In this document: in pieces, positions 61,101 to 64,000 of the stretch | Layout of the letters: each line of letters begins with the position of its first letter | Position numbering within the stretch: position 1 is the first letter of the stretch | Assembly: GCA_046563655.1 (NCBI GenBank) | Contig: CM102284.1 | Span: 3,596,001-3,660,000, forward strand | Source of the DNA: Yuukianura sp. NJ FZ-2021 | Lineage: Eukaryota | Direction of reading: 5' to 3' | DNA length: 64,000 bases | Notes under the pieces: generated by a model | The model's input: the letters and a program-made list of their open reading frames with translations, nothing else | Told to the model about the DNA's origin: nothing | The model's database searches: none | Position numbers and translations under genes: made by a program

Positions 61101-63050
61101 TCTGCTTCTGACGGCCTAATGTTATTTTAGATACCACTTCAGGAAAATGAGCGTTCGCTGGAACGCTGGAAAGAGGCTAGCAAAGGCTTTTCATAATATT
61201 TTCGTGAAAAAAATGGATCAAATGAGATTTAGACGTCTTTTACTAGCTCTAGCGTTTTTTTTCTTTTGGAAAGAGAAAGCATTTTTTTCGGTTTTTGAAA
61301 AAGTATCATTTTCTTTTGGGCGGCTAAGCTAACTGACGGGTGGGGCTCACATGGTTTTCTTTTTTCCGGGAATTTCTATGGATCAAATTGTTGGACAGAC
61401 AGAAAAACGAAAATGGAAATTATATGCCATGTCTAGTCTCGTTTCTGACATGTTTATACCTAACATGGTGCAGAACGAGGGAAAAAATGATTGGTTTTGT
61501 TTTCGTTTTTTGAATTTTTTTTCTATTGTTTTTGGTTGACTTGATCTCACTGTTGCCGGGTTGTAACAGTTGGTCAGTCTGAGGATTTTGTTGAGCTTAT
61601 TAGTAAAAGTTGGATTTGGTAAAAGTTATCCAATTATTGTGATGGTTTTGTTGTAGTATCTGAGCGATGAGAAGTGGAACAAAAGGAAAATTTTGGCAAA
61701 AGAAAGTTGCTAACTTTTGTAGCATTTCTATTTTTTGTTGTTGTTTTTTATGAAAAATGAGAGTGAAACGTTTTTTGCTTCTCTTTTAGAAAAGCGAAGG
61801 AAAGGAAGTTAGCTCGATCCGTAACAAGTTGAGTTTTTTTTTTCGTTTTTGTTATGATGTATTCTGGTTGCTCAACTTTCCATTTTTATTTGTCTGGAAG
61901 CAGCTTTCACTGGAGCTGGAAGGCAAAAAGGCTCATCCCTATTTCAGCAGAGAAAGTAAAAGCCATCACGAAGCCCATTTTGGGTGGTACGAGTGCGAGT
62001 CTTTCGTTGGCTGAAACTTGGTCTTTATGTCTAATTTAGTAGCAACTCATTCGTTCTACTTTTCTCTGCTCTCCTATTCTGTTTGGCATCTTAGGGTTTT
62101 AGCTTTTTGAATTCTGTTCCATATCCTGTTGGTGGGTACAATGGTGGGTGGCTACTTTACGGCAACCGAGAGTCCATTTTCATGAGAAGTAAGCTTGGGT
62201 GTCATTAGTGTGATCCACCCAGATTTGTCAGGATTTGGTTGAAGCCAAAAGTGATCTTCTTAGTTGGTTGGCTCGGGGAAAGTGGAGAAAGCAGACGTTG
62301 GAAACTTCCTGAATCTGAATTTTGTTTTTTGTTTGTTTCGAAGAACGGTGGGTGGCGGAGGAATTTTTTTGGAAAAGAAATCTGAGCCTTACGTTTTTTT
62401 AGGTTAGGTTTTTAGACATAGGTTTATTGCTATTCCTTTGGTGTAGAAGTCGTAAAAGATGGAACGGAGCAGAAATTCTATTAGATTTGGAGAAACTGGA
62501 AAACGTTTGACAAGAAATGGTGGAATATGATATTCAGAAGACAGATTCTGAGTTTCTTCCTTTGGAACTCCAAGGTTTGTTCAAAGATATTTGAACGAAA
62601 GGCGATACTCTGTGCTTCAATGCCCTAAAACGTCTTTAAAGAGCCCATCTTCTTCGGGTCTTCTGGATTTTCGAATTACGTTTTTTGTGCCTTTGAAGAC
62701 GAGATGATGGGGATAAGGTCTTTAAGTGATCCATTCAACCCCGAAAATGGAAAGCAACGAGGTCACCAGACGCAGACTTTACTGCGGAAACTCTTATTTG
62801 CTTTTTATTCACTTTTTCGTTTTTTGTGATTGTTTAGGATGCGTATCTGAACCCGTCCTCGGGGGTACTGCGACTTACACGACCCGGTGACATCGTCAGG
62901 GGAATTCTGCCAAATGAACCTACAGACTTGTGGACCGTGTTTACTCCGAATCACACGACGTACGAACCTGTCTCACTTGCCACGGCGTACACCCATGGAA
63001 GCGATGAAACAGCGTCAAGCGTCAATCAACCGCTGATCACCGTCATCCAA
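58110..63050 (+). CDS. sfl: Heparan sulfate N-deacetylase/N-sulfotransferase (sulfateless), 5' part; continues beyond the window
   Basis: Type II membrane anchor. Exons 58110-58390, 58841-59038, 59140-59392 and 62838-63050 encode RIDPKVLLFVET, YKVEVAGKSLPILTN, MDKWNKELLDKYCREY and WTVFTPNHTTYEP. Confidence 0.95.
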
Positions 63051-63183
63051 GTAAGAATTTTCGGCTTTTTAGTGTTTTTGAAACCGAATGAAATTTTTGC
63101 AGAATTTTCCGTTACAATTTTGATTTTAATTTTTTTTAACAGTTCGCGCATACCTTCTGTGGTCGCACTTATACTGCTTTGTC

Positions 63184-63345
63184 TTTACTTTTTAAAACTC
63201 ACTTCAGTTTTACATTTTAAAACGCAGTCTTCACATTTTTATAACTCATTGTCAGTATCAGTTTTTGCATTTCAACAACCCGGCTTTTACTTTTTAAAAC
63301 TTGGCTTTTACGTTTTAAAACGCAGCTTTTACTTTTTAAAATTCC
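63184..63345. repeat. Degenerate approx. 21-bp minisatellite in an sfl intron
   Basis: Repeated units such as ggcttttactttttaaaac and cagcttttactttttaaaa. Confidence 0.7.
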
Positions 63346-64000
63346 AAGTTTTGAAAAGTCGAAAAAGTTTCTTTTTTGGGAAGATGAGACTCGTTTTTTA
63401 TTTTTCGAAAGTTTGTATTTTTGTTTTTCATTTTGTGCTGTCACGGACATGAGATCGTGTGACACTTTTGAGTTCAAATTGGTTGAAACTTGCCATGTTT
63501 TTGGAGAAAGGAGAAAGTGAAAGTTTGGAACCGGCAGGTGATGAAATTGAAATTTGAACTTTCCTGAACTTTTGGGAACTTGGAGTATCCATGTCACAGA
63601 CTCTGACCGGAGAGAATTTCAGTTGAAGTACACTTCAACTTTATGGTCCGTAGATCGGGGTGTCCATGACCGTAAAAGTTGCAGTTTGAGTATGTCACCC
63701 GCTTACTATTTGAACGCTGACGAAGCAACCAGAGAGGAGTCATGTCCTTTCGTTATTTTTTCCATTAAAAAGTAATAGAAGAAGTTCTGTCTCTCTGCGA
63801 ACTTTTCCCTGATGTCATTTAGATTAAGTTTTGAAGTCAGCCTTTAGCTTGAATGAGGAGCAGAGAGTAAATATTTAAATGGAATTGGACTTGTTTTCGG
63901 GGTCTCCAATTCCTCCTGTCATTTTGAAAATAAACGAACCATAAAAATCTCCAGAGTTTTAAATTAAAGATGCATTTCTCCTCTTCCCGCTCAACTTTCA

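Overview
Intron-rich, compact eukaryotic (arthropod) genomic DNA with mostly 55-100 nt GT-AG introns. The gene set and intron style suggest a hexapod such as a springtail, which is inference only. No prokaryotic operons, CRISPR arrays, rRNA or functional tRNA genes were seen. Gene order: 3' end of a Mask/ANKHD1-like gene (+); Eps15 (-) with an orphan ORF nested antisense in its first coding intron; KAT6/enok MYST acetyltransferase (-); hnRNP squid (+); TAF3 (-); MCU (+); a tRNA-derived SINE with a 13-bp TSD; a secreted Gly/His-rich cuticle-like protein (+); storkhead-box STOX/knockout (+); mRpS7 (-); an atypical orphan class-A GPCR (-); a 214-aa orphan gene (+); and the 5' part of heparan sulfate NDST/sulfateless (+). 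Three copies of one MITE family are present. The most noteworthy observations are the nested orphan gene with a 15-bp hairpin, the highly structured SINE RNA, selective loss of zinc ligands in the KAT6 double PHD finger, two alternative MCU N-terminal exons, and clustered nuclear-receptor elements. I found no single multi-gene novel system that I can firmly support. All gene models were spliced by hand and no database search was run.
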